Of a DNA stretch of 64,000 nucleotides, positions 1 to 9,578 are shown piece by piece. Made by a program: the position numbers and the translations under genes. The DNA lies in NCBI GenBank assembly GCA_963712115.1, contig CAVQGX010000006.1, positions 21,662-85,661 of the forward strand, given 5' to 3'. The notes under the pieces are model-generated. The model saw only the letters and a program-made list of their open reading frames with translations, searched no databases and was not told the DNA's origin. The first letter of the stretch is position 1. Every line of letters starts with the position of its first letter. The stretch comes from an uncultured delta proteobacterium. GTDB taxonomy: Bacteria > Desulfobacterota > Syntrophobacteria > BM002.

Positions 1-1061
1 CAGGGATAGCCTCGCAGCAAAGTCTTGGCTTCCGGGACGCTACCCGGGTTATCCATTTTCATTTCACTCGACAAGCGCTTGAGAAAGTATTCGGTCAAAA
101 GGTCAATGTCTTCAGCCCGTTCGCGCAGCGGTGGCAGCCAGAGAGTAACCACTTTGAGACGGTAGTAGAGATCTTCCCTAAAGCGTCCTTCTGCGATGGC
201 AGCTTCGAGGTCTCTGTTGGTTGCGGCGATGATCCGGACATCCACCGGAATGGGCTCCCGTCCACCTAGTCTTTCAATACTTTTTTCCTGAAGCAACCGC
301 AGTATCTTGGCCTGGATGCTGAGGGGCATGTCCCCTATTTCATCCAGAAAAATGGTGCCGCCGTTGGCTTGCTGAATTTTTCCCAGACGACGACTTACCG
401 CTCCGGTAAAGGCTCCCCTTTCATAACCGAAAAGCTCGCTCTCGAGGAGAGTCTCGGGAATTGCCACGCAATTGATCACCAAAAATGGTCTATGTGCCCT
501 TTTGCTGTGCTGATATATGGCCCGAGCCACCAGCTCCTTGCCCGTCCCGGACTCGCCCCTAATCAGTGCGGTGGCATCGGTGGAAGCAACCCTCCCTATG
601 GCCTTGTAAATCTCCTGCATTGGTTTGCTCCGGCCAATAATGGCATCCGCCGACGGCTTGTCTGGAACTATGTCCATCTCTACCCGCGAGTGCATAAGTC
701 GACCGGCCTCCAAGGCATCCCTTACCAGGGCAAGGATATCGGGAATATTGAAGGGTTTGAGGACGTAGTCGAAGGCACCCTCCTTGGTGGCCTCTATAGC
801 CGTTTCAGTAGTGCCATAGGCGGTCATTATTATTATGGGCAGCTTGGGCTCTACTTTGCGCATGGCCCTGCTGGCTTCCAGGCCATTAATTCCTGGCAAG
901 CGCACATCCATGACCACCAAATCAGGAGGAGATTGTCGCACCATGGCCAGACCTGATTCGCCATTGGCCGCTGTCTGCACCGTGTGCCCCTCCTCAATGA
1001 GAAGCTTTTCAAAGCTCTGCCTCAGTTGAGGATCGTCATCAACGATTAGGACCTTGCCCAA
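1..1061 (-). CDS. Sigma54-dependent response regulator (NtrC/AtoC family), 3' end runs off the window
   Basis: Not in the ORF track. Manual translation from TTG at 1061 (GGAGG upstream) gives GKVLIVDDDPQLRQS...DLVVMDVRLPG...FDYVLKPF, then GESGTGKE and ESELFGYEKGAFTGA. Confidence 0.93.
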   Translation of the reverse strand, partial: MGKVLIVDDDPQLRQSFEKLLIEEGHTVQTAANGESGLAMVRQSPPDLVVMDVRLPGINGLEASRAMRKVEPKLPIIIMTAYGTTETAIEATKEGAFDYVLKPFNIPDILALVRDALEAGRLMHSRVEMDIVPDKPSADAIIGRSKPMQEIYKAIGRVASTDATALIRGESGTGKELVARAIYQHSKRAHRPFLVINCVAIPETLLESELFGYERGAFTGAVSRRLGKIQQANGGTIFLDEIGDMPLSIQAKILRLLQEKSIERLGGREPIPVDVRIIAATNRDLEAAIAEGRFREDLYYRLKVVTLWLPPLRERAEDIDLLTEYFLKRLSSEMKMDNPGSVPEAKTLLRGYP

Positions 1062-1882
1062 ACTGCATCCTCCCGGCACGGCAGGGTAATGGTAAAGGTC
1101 GTCCCCTCACCCTCCTTGGATTTCAGAGATAGCCAACCACCGTGTTCCTCTACGATGCGGTAGGCAATGCTGAGCCCCAAGCCCGTCCCCTCTTCCTTGG
1201 TGCTAAAAAAGGGTTGAAATACCTGATCACGAACTGATTTTGGAATACCAGGACCGTTGTCTTTCACCCGTATTACCACCACCCGGCCCAAAGGCTCAAC
1301 CACGCCTTCTTCCTCACGAATGACAATCAAGCCGCCTTCGCCCATGGCCTCACAACCGTTTACCAGTAGATTAATCAAGACCTCTTTTAACTGCTCGGGA
1401 TCGGCCTCTATCATGGGCAGACGGTGTTCCCGGTCAAGCTCTACCTGGACACCGTAGGACTCTAACCGATGTCGAAGGAGCTGCAGTGCCATGTCCACTA
1501 CCTCGGAAGGACTGATACTCTGAATTTTCAGCTTGGGTGGTCGGGCAAACTCGAGAAAGTTTTGGACGATAGTGTCAATGTGGCGCACTTCCTCCGAGAT
1601 CACCTCGAAGTCCTCTTGCTGGGTTTGAGAAAGTTCCAGCGACCGTTCCAGGGAGAAAAGCCTCATGTTCACAGAAGTCAGCGGGTTGCGGATGGTGTGA
1701 GCCACTCCCGCAGCCAGTTTTCCCACCATGGCCAGTTTCTCCGCCTGCAGAAGGTGCGCGCGGCTCTGTTGTAGTTCAGACTGTGTCTGATCTACGTTCT
1801 CCATGAGGCTGTGGACTCTCTGGCTTAAGGCGGTCATCTCCCTGGGGAGGGAGCTGTTGATGTCTACGTCACCCGCTTCCAT
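1046..1882 (-). CDS. Sensor histidine kinase, C-terminal HisKA/HATPase part (joins 1893-2534 across a 1-nt frameshift)
   Basis: H-box AHTIRNPL, N-box NLLVNG, G1 DNGPG, F-box FQPFFSTK, G2 GTGLGL. Confidence 0.88.
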   Translation of the reverse strand: MEAGDVDINSSLPREMTALSQRVHSLMENVDQTQSELQQSRAHLLQAEKLAMVGKLAAGVAHTIRNPLTSVNMRLFSLERSLELSQTQQEDFEVISEEVRHIDTIVQNFLEFARPPKLKIQSISPSEVVDMALQLLRHRLESYGVQVELDREHRLPMIEADPEQLKEVLINLLVNGCEAMGEGGLIVIREEEGVVEPLGRVVVIRVKDNGPGIPKSVRDQVFQPFFSTKEEGTGLGLSIAYRIVEEHGGWLSLKSKEGEGTTFTITLPCREDAVWARS

Positions 1883-1892
1883 GGATAGTATT

Positions 1893-2534
1893 CTAATTGG
1901 TTTCAGGATCTGATTCAGCAGGATATAGGCCAGCAGAATAGCCCAAAACCAGGACGCTTGGTAGAGCCACCAGGGTCATACCTTTAACCAACCGTGTCTG
2001 AGCACGACTCTTGATCCGAGCGTCATTGATTTCTTCCTTCTTGATTGCCCTATATTGATCGCAGAGACCCTGGATGGCGAAGAACTGCTTCCTCACATCC
2101 CAGTGGCGCTCGGCCCCGGCTTCCCGCTTGCCGGCCTGATATAGCTGAATTACTTGGTCCCGGGCAAAGATATAACGAAGGTACTCTGATTCGATCTGAT
2201 TGAGGATGCTTCGCTCATTATCTGTCTGGGCCGAGTTGCGGGCTTTCTTTAGCCAGGTATGGAAGGACTCGTTGAGTTCCTCCAATTGGTTGAGCCAGTC
2301 AGGGTTGCCATCGAGGAAATAATAGGTTGTCAAACCCTTTTGCCTGACCAGAGCCGTCTCCAGCTCTTCCGCCGCCTGTAACCCCATCACGGCACTATCA
2401 AAGACCGAATCGAAGAGATTCGCCATCCGGTAGGTATGCCACATGGTGACGAGGCCACCGCCTAGAGTGGTCAACACCAAGGCAGCCAGAATCAAGATGA
2501 TTCGACTGCGCAGGCTTAGTCGTTTCATGATCAC
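1893..2534 (-). CDS. N-terminal TM plus periplasmic four-helix sensor part of the same histidine kinase
   Basis: TM, helical domain, TM. Removing one base from the C-run at 1942-1944 reads VLVLAILLAYILLNQILKPIRILSMEAG into the kinase ORF. Confidence 0.8.
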   Translation of the reverse strand: MIMKRLSLRSRIILILAALVLTTLGGGLVTMWHTYRMANLFDSVFDSAVMGLQAAEELETALVRQKGLTTYYFLDGNPDWLNQLEELNESFHTWLKKARNSAQTDNERSILNQIESEYLRYIFARDQVIQLYQAGKREAGAERHWDVRKQFFAIQGLCDQYRAIKKEEINDARIKSRAQTRLVKGMTLVALPSVLVLGYSAGLYPAESDPETN

Positions 2535-2634
2535 GGTTTTATTGTATTACCTGTTTGTTCTTTCTCCGGACACCATGACCCCATAAGGAATCATGGAGTA
2601 TGGAGCATTAAACAACAAGCAAAAACCCCATGGG

Positions 2635-4449
2635 CTATGCTGAGTCGCCCCCGCCCAGGTGTACCGCAAGCCTCTGGTGAACAGGCTCTTTCTTGGCCCC
2701 ATCCTCTGGTGGCAGTGGTAAGCGGACATGGAAGGTGGTTCCCAAACCCACCGCACTATTCACGCTGATTTCTCCTTCCATCTTTTTAATGATGCCATAG
2801 CAGATGGAAAGACCCAATCCGGTTCCCTTGCCCACTGGTTTGGTGGTGAAGAAGGGATCGAAGATCCTGGCAAGATTAGCTTTAGGAATGCCTTGCCCGG
2901 TATCGGCAACGTCCACCACCACCTGGCCGCCATCAACTCGGGTAGTAATTTCAAGAGTTCCACCGTCAGGGGTCATGGCGTCCAGAGCGTTATTGACCAG
3001 ATTAAGTAATACCTGTTCAAATTCCGATGGTGAAACATGGACCTCCGGCAGGTGTTGAGCAAGGTTTAAGTTGAGTTTCACATTGCTGTACTTTACTCGC
3101 TGTTCGGAAAGCGCGACCACTTCGTCTATGAGCTCGTTCAATTGTACTTTACGAAGTTCCGGATCTGTCTTCCGGGCAAAGCTCAAAAGCTTGTGAGTTA
3201 TTTGTTTACAACGTACCCCTTGGTTTTTGATCTGTTTGAGAGCTCTTCGGACCTCGGCTGGATCTTCACAGGTGCCGTCTTCCTCTAGTAGATCCTCAAT
3301 CCAGCCTGCCTCCTCCACCATTATTGCCACCGGGTTGTTGATTTCGTGGGCTATGCCGGCCGCCAACTCTCCCACCGAGGCCAGTTTGCCTGCTTCAATG
3401 ATCTGCTCGTTCATCATTTCTTTTTCCCGGTCAGCCCAGACTACGCGCTTGATGATTCTACTGGATAAGATGAAAGCCATGCTTACGATGCCCAGGCCGC
3501 CCACAAGGAAGATGACCAGGGCCAGCTTTCGAGCGCGATACAGATCTGCGAAGGCATCCGTCGCATCCTGTTGGTAGACTAGCAGCCACTCCCCTTTTTT
3601 CAGCGGAGTGCTGACACTGATGTACTCCCCACCCCTATTTGGATCGCTCTCTATTACGGTCACCGGCTGCCGGTCATTTTTCTTTTTACGAAGCCGATCC
3701 GTTGCTTCTAAATGACCTTGGTCCTCGGGGGGCAAACCTTGGTGGAAACTCTTGACGAGCAGGTCCACATGCTTTCTGCTGTTCTGCCTAGCCGCCAGTG
3801 GGGCGTTGGTCTGAAATTCTCCCTCGTGGTTGACGATAAAAGCGATGCCGGTCTTACCAATGCGGAGATTCTCCACCAGAGAATTGAAAGCGACGAAATC
3901 AATAGTGGACCGCAAAATCCAGGTGCCACCCTGCCACTCCTTCTTGACTGCCACAATAAAATGGGGCAGCCCTCTGATGCCCAGAAATACATCGCTGATA
4001 AATTGCTCACTTTTCAGAGCCTTTTTAAACCAGTCCGCCTCAGAATAGTTGACCCGAGCCAGCTTGAAAGCCCCGGCGTAAGCGACCTGGAGGCCGTCCC
4101 CATTGACTAAACCCAGGTCCACGAACACCCCACCGTGTTCTTCCTGGAGGATGGCCAGTTTTCCCTGAAGAAACGACTCATCACGCAACTGCTCTAGGCT
4201 AAAGGTTCTGGTCATCACCCTGATATCGGCCAATTTTTCATCGAGAAAACCGTCGATATTTTGCCTGTGTTTCTGCACCACTTCTTCCAGGTGGGCAATT
4301 ACCTTTTCTTGGTAGGATACTTGGAACTGGTAGAGGATCATCCCGGCAATAAGAAGGAGGGGCGCAAAAGACACAAGAATCATGACCAAGAGCATGTTTC
4401 TCTTGAGCGTTCTGTAATAGTATGGGCCTACTATTTTCTTACCTTTCAT
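2635..4449 (-). CDS. Cache-domain sensor histidine kinase
   Basis: Two TMs around a Cache-like domain (FVDLGL, YAG, WF, SDVFLG, PHF), AHEINNP, DTGQG, GTGLGL. ATG 4449 preferred; ORF track opens at 4458. Confidence 0.92.
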   Translation of the reverse strand: MKGKKIVGPYYYRTLKRNMLLVMILVSFAPLLLIAGMILYQFQVSYQEKVIAHLEEVVQKHRQNIDGFLDEKLADIRVMTRTFSLEQLRDESFLQGKLAILQEEHGGVFVDLGLVNGDGLQVAYAGAFKLARVNYSEADWFKKALKSEQFISDVFLGIRGLPHFIVAVKKEWQGGTWILRSTIDFVAFNSLVENLRIGKTGIAFIVNHEGEFQTNAPLAARQNSRKHVDLLVKSFHQGLPPEDQGHLEATDRLRKKKNDRQPVTVIESDPNRGGEYISVSTPLKKGEWLLVYQQDATDAFADLYRARKLALVIFLVGGLGIVSMAFILSSRIIKRVVWADREKEMMNEQIIEAGKLASVGELAAGIAHEINNPVAIMVEEAGWIEDLLEEDGTCEDPAEVRRALKQIKNQGVRCKQITHKLLSFARKTDPELRKVQLNELIDEVVALSEQRVKYSNVKLNLNLAQHLPEVHVSPSEFEQVLLNLVNNALDAMTPDGGTLEITTRVDGGQVVVDVADTGQGIPKANLARIFDPFFTTKPVGKGTGLGLSICYGIIKKMEGEISVNSAVGLGTTFHVRLPLPPEDGAKKEPVHQRLAVHLGGGDSA

Positions 4450-4475
4450 GGACCACAACTCTGTTCATCTGGCTC

Positions 4476-4733
4476 TTCCGGAATTTGATTGGATGATCAC
4501 CTATTAGCCATTGATGCCATGGTTTCCCTTGGACAGGAGGTGCTCCGAGCCAAAGCGCATCTGAGCCACCGGTGTTTTGCTTTTGCAGCCTGGAATGACT
4601 TACATCTGCGTCGGCGGCAGTCATCTTGCAAAGCCATTAACCCAATCCAACTGATGCGAATATGCAGCTTTGTCGAGGAGCTCTTCCTGGCGAATCCAAC
4701 ACTTGTATTATGCTATCCAAGCATATTCCGGAA
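4476..4733. mobile_element. MITE-like element, family A, copy 1
   Basis: Imperfect terminal inverted repeats TTCCGGAATTTGATTGGAT / ATCCAAGCATATTCCGGAA. Colinear with 34976-35236. Confidence 0.75.
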
Positions 4734-4798
4734 AAACTGTTTATCTGGCTTTTATCTGCCCATTTCTAGTCAAAACTGTCCGCTGACTCCCTCTTTAG

Positions 4799-6316
4799 TT
4801 ACTTGGGCAGTACCACAGGCATGCCCAGCAAAGGCCAGATGACCAAGGCAGCTACACCCACCAGAACCATGAGCAGAACACTGGCCGGAATACCATAGAG
4901 AAAGAATTCCCCGGTGGTAAACTGCTTGGAGTCATAGGCAATAGCATTGGGCGCCGCACCCACCAAGAGCAGGAAGGGCATACCGGCGGTGACCAGGGAG
5001 GCAAATAGAACAACCTCGGGGGCAACCCCCAGGTATGGGGCGATGACCAGGGCCACCGGCAGTGAAATGGCGATGGCTGCCACGTTCATGATGAAATTGG
5101 TCATAATCATTACGAAGAAGGCAATGCTCAAGACAAAAACAAACCAGTTTGCCTTCTGGAACATTACCAGCCAGTTCACTGCCAGCCATTTGGCCGCGCC
5201 CGTTTCCCACAAGCAAAAGCCGATGGACATGGCACCGCCGAAAAGCAGGATGATGTTCCAGGGAATATCTTCCAGGTCTTTGAGGTCCAGAATCCTGGTG
5301 AGATAGAAGAGGATGGTGGCAATGAGGATGACCGCGGACTTGTTGAAAGGTTTCAGTGCTGGAAGGAAAGATTGCAGCGACAGAAAGATAATTGCAGCAA
5401 GGACGATTAAAATAGTCAAAATCTCCCTGCCGGTGATGCGACCCATTTGAGCCTGGAGAGTCTTTGCCTTTTCTCGCAGACCGGGGATGGTCTTTTTCTC
5501 CGGTTTGAAAAAGATCATGAAGAACCCCCAGAGCACGAAGACCATCAGCCAACCAATGGGAAACATATAGTAGGTCAGCTCAAAAAAAGTGACCTCCCTG
5601 CCGACAATGCCCTTGAAAAAGCCTATGGCCACCGCCCCTCGGGCTGCGCCCAGGAGGGTGATGATGCTGCCTGCCCCGGCCACGTAGGCCATGCCGATGA
5701 AGAGACCTTTGCCGAACTTTGTGGGTCTCTCCCCTTCACCATAGAGTGAATAGATGGTTAGCATCAGAGGGTAGACTGTGGCTGCCACCGCAGTGTGGGC
5801 CATGACGTGGGTGAGGGCTGCCGTTACCAGAAAGCAGCCGAGATAGATCATGCTGGTTTTCTCGCCGACAATGGAGAGCATTTTATAGGCGAGCCGCCTG
5901 GTAAGCCCAGTTTTTGTGAAAACCATACCAATCACAATGGACCCAAAAATAAACCACACCGAAGGATCCATGAAATCCTTGAAGGCTTCCGAAGCTGTTC
6001 GAATGAGAAACATCGACTGCATCACCCCGATGGTAATGGAGGTGACGCCGATGGGGACCACCTCAAATACCCACCAGGTCCCTGCCAACAAGAACACGGC
6101 CAGGGCACCCTTCGCTTCTTTGCTCAGGGGGAAATGTTCTCCCATGGGATCAACAGCGTCGGGCCAGGGAGGTGAGTAGTAGACGATAGTGAACAGCACC
6201 ACTCCCAACATAATAAAAAAGATTCTCTTCCAATTCATTCTCGCCAACAGAGAGGCAATGCCTCCTTCCTCGCGGGATGCTTCAAGGGCCAGTTCTTGCA
6301 CAGGTGTATCAGACAT
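4799..6316 (-). CDS. DASS/SLC13 family anion (sulfate or dicarboxylate) transporter
   Basis: 505-aa polytopic membrane protein with MAHTAVAA, GAGS..TLLG, TNFIMNVA and GAAPNAI motifs. Confidence 0.9.
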   Translation of the reverse strand: MSDTPVQELALEASREEGGIASLLARMNWKRIFFIMLGVVLFTIVYYSPPWPDAVDPMGEHFPLSKEAKGALAVFLLAGTWWVFEVVPIGVTSITIGVMQSMFLIRTASEAFKDFMDPSVWFIFGSIVIGMVFTKTGLTRRLAYKMLSIVGEKTSMIYLGCFLVTAALTHVMAHTAVAATVYPLMLTIYSLYGEGERPTKFGKGLFIGMAYVAGAGSIITLLGAARGAVAIGFFKGIVGREVTFFELTYYMFPIGWLMVFVLWGFFMIFFKPEKKTIPGLREKAKTLQAQMGRITGREILTILIVLAAIIFLSLQSFLPALKPFNKSAVILIATILFYLTRILDLKDLEDIPWNIILLFGGAMSIGFCLWETGAAKWLAVNWLVMFQKANWFVFVLSIAFFVMIMTNFIMNVAAIAISLPVALVIAPYLGVAPEVVLFASLVTAGMPFLLLVGAAPNAIAYDSKQFTTGEFFLYGIPASVLLMVLVGVAALVIWPLLGMPVVLPK

Positions 6317-6373
6317 TTTCCTTCCTCATTTCGAATGAGATGTAGTTCAACCCAGGTGGATTTCTCTCCAGTC

Positions 6374-6814
6374 TCACCACGACTTGGATTTCATCAGCTC
6401 TTTGATCCTCTCCTCATGTCTTTTTGAAACGAGAAGCATTCTCTTGTCTTTGGCTTTTTTGATTTTCTCCAAGAGCTCCTTGAAATCGGCAGGTTTTTCC
6501 ACGAAATCCATGGCGCCCAGTTTCATGGCCTCCACACCTTTGTCAATAGTGCCGTGACCGGTGAGTAGAATAATTTGTAGGTCTGGATTGATTTCTTTGA
6601 GCTTCTTCAGGGTCTCCAAGCCGTCCATCTCTGGCATGAGAAGGTCGAGGACGATTGCATCGTAGGCCTCTCCTTTGGCCTTGTCGATAGCCTCGGAACC
6701 TCCCCCGGCTGTTTCAACGTTGAACCCCCGGCCCTCCAGTCTTTCCGCCAGCAATTTGATAAAGTGCGGCTCGTCGTCAACCAGGAGTACCTTAATTTCT
6801 TCTGCTGAAGTCAT
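6374..6814 (-). CDS. Single-domain response regulator
   Basis: VLLVDDE, VLDLLMP, LTGHG, EKP. Confidence 0.93.
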   Translation of the reverse strand: MTSAEEIKVLLVDDEPHFIKLLAERLEGRGFNVETAGGGSEAIDKAKGEAYDAIVLDLLMPEMDGLETLKKLKEINPDLQIILLTGHGTIDKGVEAMKLGAMDFVEKPADFKELLEKIKKAKDKRMLLVSKRHEERIKELMKSKSW

Positions 6815-6828
6815 TACCTCCTCCCTGC

Positions 6829-7278
6829 CTAATCATCTTCATCCATGATTTTCTTTGCGGATTCGAAGTCTCCGGCCTCCGCAAAGGTTGCAGCCACCAT
6901 GGTATCTTCCATCTTGCGCCTGTAGGCGGCTTTCATCTTTTTTACCAACACATCCAGATTCACCGGTTTTTCCAGGTAGTCAAAGGCACCCAGCCTCTTG
7001 GCTTCCTCCTCGTCCTTTTCAGTCCCGTGGCCGGTGAGTATGATCACCTGGATCTTCGGATATGCCTTCCTCACCTGGCGCAAGACCTCCATCCCATCTA
7101 TACCGGGCATCTTCAGATCCAGGACCATGACGTCTGGCTCCTGGTCTTCCACAAAGGAGAGGGCCTCCTCGCCGTCTAGGACGGTATCCGAGCGCAGATC
7201 GCGCATCTTTAACCGTTCTGCCAAAGCCTTGACGAATTCCTCCTCATCATCCACCAGCAAAACCTTCATATCTTTCAT
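6829..7278 (-). CDS. Single-domain response regulator with C-terminal MVAATFAEAG tail
   Basis: VLLVDDE, VLDLKMP, LTGHG, EKP, then a short helical tail. Confidence 0.93.
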   Translation of the reverse strand: MKDMKVLLVDDEEEFVKALAERLKMRDLRSDTVLDGEEALSFVEDQEPDVMVLDLKMPGIDGMEVLRQVRKAYPKIQVIILTGHGTEKDEEEAKRLGAFDYLEKPVNLDVLVKKMKAAYRRKMEDTMVAATFAEAGDFESAKKIMDEDD

Positions 7279-7280
7279 GC

Positions 7281-7835
7281 TTACTCCTCCTTTTCGGGAG
7301 CAGATATCGGCTCTTTCCCCTCTTTGAGGATCTGCGTGGCACCGTTGAAGTCTCCCGATTCGGCCAATGTAGCAGATACCATAAGATCTTCAAGTCTTTT
7401 CCGGATTGATCTCTTTTTCTTGCCCTTCTTCGACTTTTTCTTCGCTCCAGCCTCTCGCAGTTTGGCCAGGAGATCCTCGAGGTCAAAGGGAATCAGCAGG
7501 TCGGCAAAAGCACCCCGTTTCATGCCCTCGATTGACCAGTGGATGCTTGAAGGACTCGTCAGGGTAATGAATTCGGCGAAAGTTTTTGTCTCCTTGATGG
7601 AATCCAGGATTCTGATTCCACTTGCACCAAGATCATTGACGTTTATGACCACCACATCAATGTCATCACGCTGCAAAATGGCAAGTGCCTCTGAGGCTGT
7701 CTGGGCAAAGCTGACCGCCACTCCCTTTGAGCAGATACGCTCGGACAGTGTCCCCATAAATCTTGAGTCTTCGCCAATCAGCAGGACATTCTCCTTCACA
7801 CTATCCAAACCCCCTCTTGGTGAGAGCGTTTCCAT
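7281..7835 (-). CDS. Pseudo-receiver protein with C-terminal MVSATLAESG tail
   Basis: Receiver pattern, but the phospho-Asp position is Asn (VVVINV) and the conserved Lys is Ile (LLIPF). Confidence 0.8.
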   Translation of the reverse strand: METLSPRGGLDSVKENVLLIGEDSRFMGTLSERICSKGVAVSFAQTASEALAILQRDDIDVVVINVNDLGASGIRILDSIKETKTFAEFITLTSPSSIHWSIEGMKRGAFADLLIPFDLEDLLAKLREAGAKKKSKKGKKKRSIRKRLEDLMVSATLAESGDFNGATQILKEGKEPISAPEKEE

Positions 7836-7870
7836 TATTGGTTCTTCCGCAAGAACCCCATTATTAAGGC

Positions 7871-7929
7871 TAGCCCGGATTTTTCATGAATCGCGGTCGC
7901 AGCAGGTGATTCATGGAATTTCCGGGCTA
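7871..7929. repeat. Palindromic element, family B
   Basis: TAGCCCGGA...CATGAATCGC / GTGATTCATG...TCCGGGCTA. Related to 22144-22270 and 63355-63406. Confidence 0.75.
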
Positions 7930-8256
7930 AGCATTTACCGGGACCAGGCCGGACCAGATTTTCACGCCCGCCAGTGGAGAATCTTCTACGGGGATCCAGC
8001 CGATCCAAACTTTAACACCGGGAAGTTCCAGACGAGCCGCTTTTGCCTTTCTGCCGCTCACTTGCAGAAACTCCCTGGCCGTATCAGCTAGCCCGGCCTC
8101 GGCGAAGGTGATTGCGGTCATCCAATCATCCAAAACCAACTTTTTCTTCCTAGTCGCCTTCGCGCCCACAAAACACAAGGCAGTTTCATGCTCGTTTGCC
8201 TCGGCAAAAGTCACCGCATTCATCAAATCTTCTAATCTCTTTCTCAGACCTTTCAT
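7927..8256 (-). CDS. Small hypothetical protein with two FAEA repeats and two GVK(V/I)W repeats
   Basis: AAGGAG RBS before ATG 8256 and downstream of a sigma54 promoter. The ORF-track start at 8316 overlaps that promoter. Confidence 0.8.
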   Translation of the reverse strand: MKGLRKRLEDLMNAVTFAEANEHETALCFVGAKATRKKKLVLDDWMTAITFAEAGLADTAREFLQVSGRKAKAARLELPGVKVWIGWIPVEDSPLAGVKIWSGLVPVNA

Positions 8257-8299
8257 GGCCATTCTCCTTTGTCCGCAATGATCTTTGCCTATACTATTT

Positions 8300-8315
8300 A
8301 GCAATGACCGTGCCA
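8300..8315 (-). promoter_or_regulatory. Sigma54 -24/-12 promoter
   Basis: Minus strand TGGCACGGTCATTGCT. Confidence 0.85.
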
Positions 8316-8377
8316 TACAATTTTTTATAGTTATTATAATTATTTAGATTCTAAGGTCATTACAGAATGATTTATTA

Positions 8378-8428
8378 TGTTTCAAATTAAGTCAGTAGAT
8401 ATTGATTCAAATTGTTTCAAATGAATCA
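8378..8428. promoter_or_regulatory. Candidate upstream activator sequences
   Basis: TGTTTCA-AAT-TAAGTCA, TGATTCA-AAT-TGTTTCA and TGTTTCA-AA-TGAATCA, 60-115 bp upstream of the sigma54 site. Confidence 0.55.
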
Positions 8429-8469
8429 TAAGGGGAAAAGATGGGAGATTGCAATCTATGGGGTGTGTA

Positions 8470-9186
8470 TCATGCATACTTTGCAGGAAAGGAGAGGATT
8501 ACCTTGTTTTGCCTTTCGTCCTCTTGCTCAGCGGCAATGGTGCCGCCCAACCCTTTCATGGTTTGGGCTAATAGGGCGAGGTCTGATTCACCTTGTTCTG
8601 CCTCAGCCGAAGGGTCGGCGGAGACTAGTGCTCCTATCTTGTCTGCCTCAACCGTCCCTTGGTCTGTTACCGTCACCTGGAACATTTCTCCGGACCGATC
8701 TGTCTTCACCGTTACCTCAGCCTCCCTGGGGGAGCAATTGATCGCCCGTTCGATGAATCCAAAAATTACATAAAGAAGGCGAAAGGGGTCGCTCTGGAGG
8801 TGCAAGGGTTCAGAGTCCAGTTTCGTTTCTAGATTTACCCGACGCAGGGTGGCAAACCTTTGGGCCAGAATAACAGTTTGCTTGACCGTCTCATTGAGAT
8901 CCAAGTCTACCAACGACTTGTCCATGCTGTGAGCGAACTGGTTCAACCGTTTAACGATAGCCGCACTCCGTTGCACCTGTTCCTCTATGGAACCAATCAG
9001 GTTGGTCAATCGTGAGTACTGTGGCCAATCGTCGGGCGCGTCTTTGCGCAGAAGATCTCCCATGAGCCCGACTGACTCGTTGATAATGGCGAGAGTGTTT
9101 TTGATCTCATGGGAAAGGCTGGCAGTCACTTTGCCCATGAAACCTATCTCTTTTACTCTGGAGAGTTCTTCAACCTTTTTCTCCAT
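8470..9186 (-). CDS. Sensor-less HisKA protein with degenerate HATPase domain (candidate phosphotransfer protein)
   Basis: H-box SHEIKNTL intact. N-box Asn absent (FGFIERA), G1 reduced to DQGT, no F or G2 box. Confidence 0.8.
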   Translation of the reverse strand: MEKKVEELSRVKEIGFMGKVTASLSHEIKNTLAIINESVGLMGDLLRKDAPDDWPQYSRLTNLIGSIEEQVQRSAAIVKRLNQFAHSMDKSLVDLDLNETVKQTVILAQRFATLRRVNLETKLDSEPLHLQSDPFRLLYVIFGFIERAINCSPREAEVTVKTDRSGEMFQVTVTDQGTVEADKIGALVSADPSAEAEQGESDLALLAQTMKGLGGTIAAEQEDERQNKVILSFPAKYA

Positions 9187-9190
9187 GGCT

Positions 9191-9568
9191 TCAATCCGTG
9201 CTTACTTTACTTGCGGCTTCTTTCATTTTCTCCAGCATTTCTTCTATGTCCACCGGCTTGATCAGATAATCAAAGGCACCCAACCTCATTCCTTCGATAC
9301 CCTCCCTGGTGGATCCATGGCCGGTCAGCAGGATGACCTGGGTATTGGGGTGGGTCGATTTGATTTGCCTCAGGACCTCCAGTCCACCCAACCCCGGCAT
9401 CATCACATCAAGAATGACCACCTCGAATTCCTTTTCCACCAGCCTGGCCAATGCTTCTTCCCCGTTCAGTGCGCTGTCCACCTCAATACCTCGCAACATG
9501 AGTCTCTCTGAGAGGGCCGAGACAAATTCTTCTTCGTCATCAACCAGCAACACTCTATATTCTGCCAT
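9191..9568 (-). CDS. Single-domain response regulator
   Basis: VLLVDDE, ILDVMMP, LTGHG, IKP. Confidence 0.93.
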   Translation of the reverse strand: MAEYRVLLVDDEEEFVSALSERLMLRGIEVDSALNGEEALARLVEKEFEVVILDVMMPGLGGLEVLRQIKSTHPNTQVILLTGHGSTREGIEGMRLGAFDYLIKPVDIEEMLEKMKEAASKVSTD

Positions 9569-9578
9569 CTTCGAGCTC

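Noticed and set aside
369-956. Plus-strand ORF and the many other antisense ORFs in the track
   Set aside because: Shadow frames opposite well-supported genes.
4489-4842. Protein encoded by family A element (also 34989-35291)
   Set aside because: The two copies fall out of frame after RRRQ through a 1-nt indel, so the frame is not conserved.
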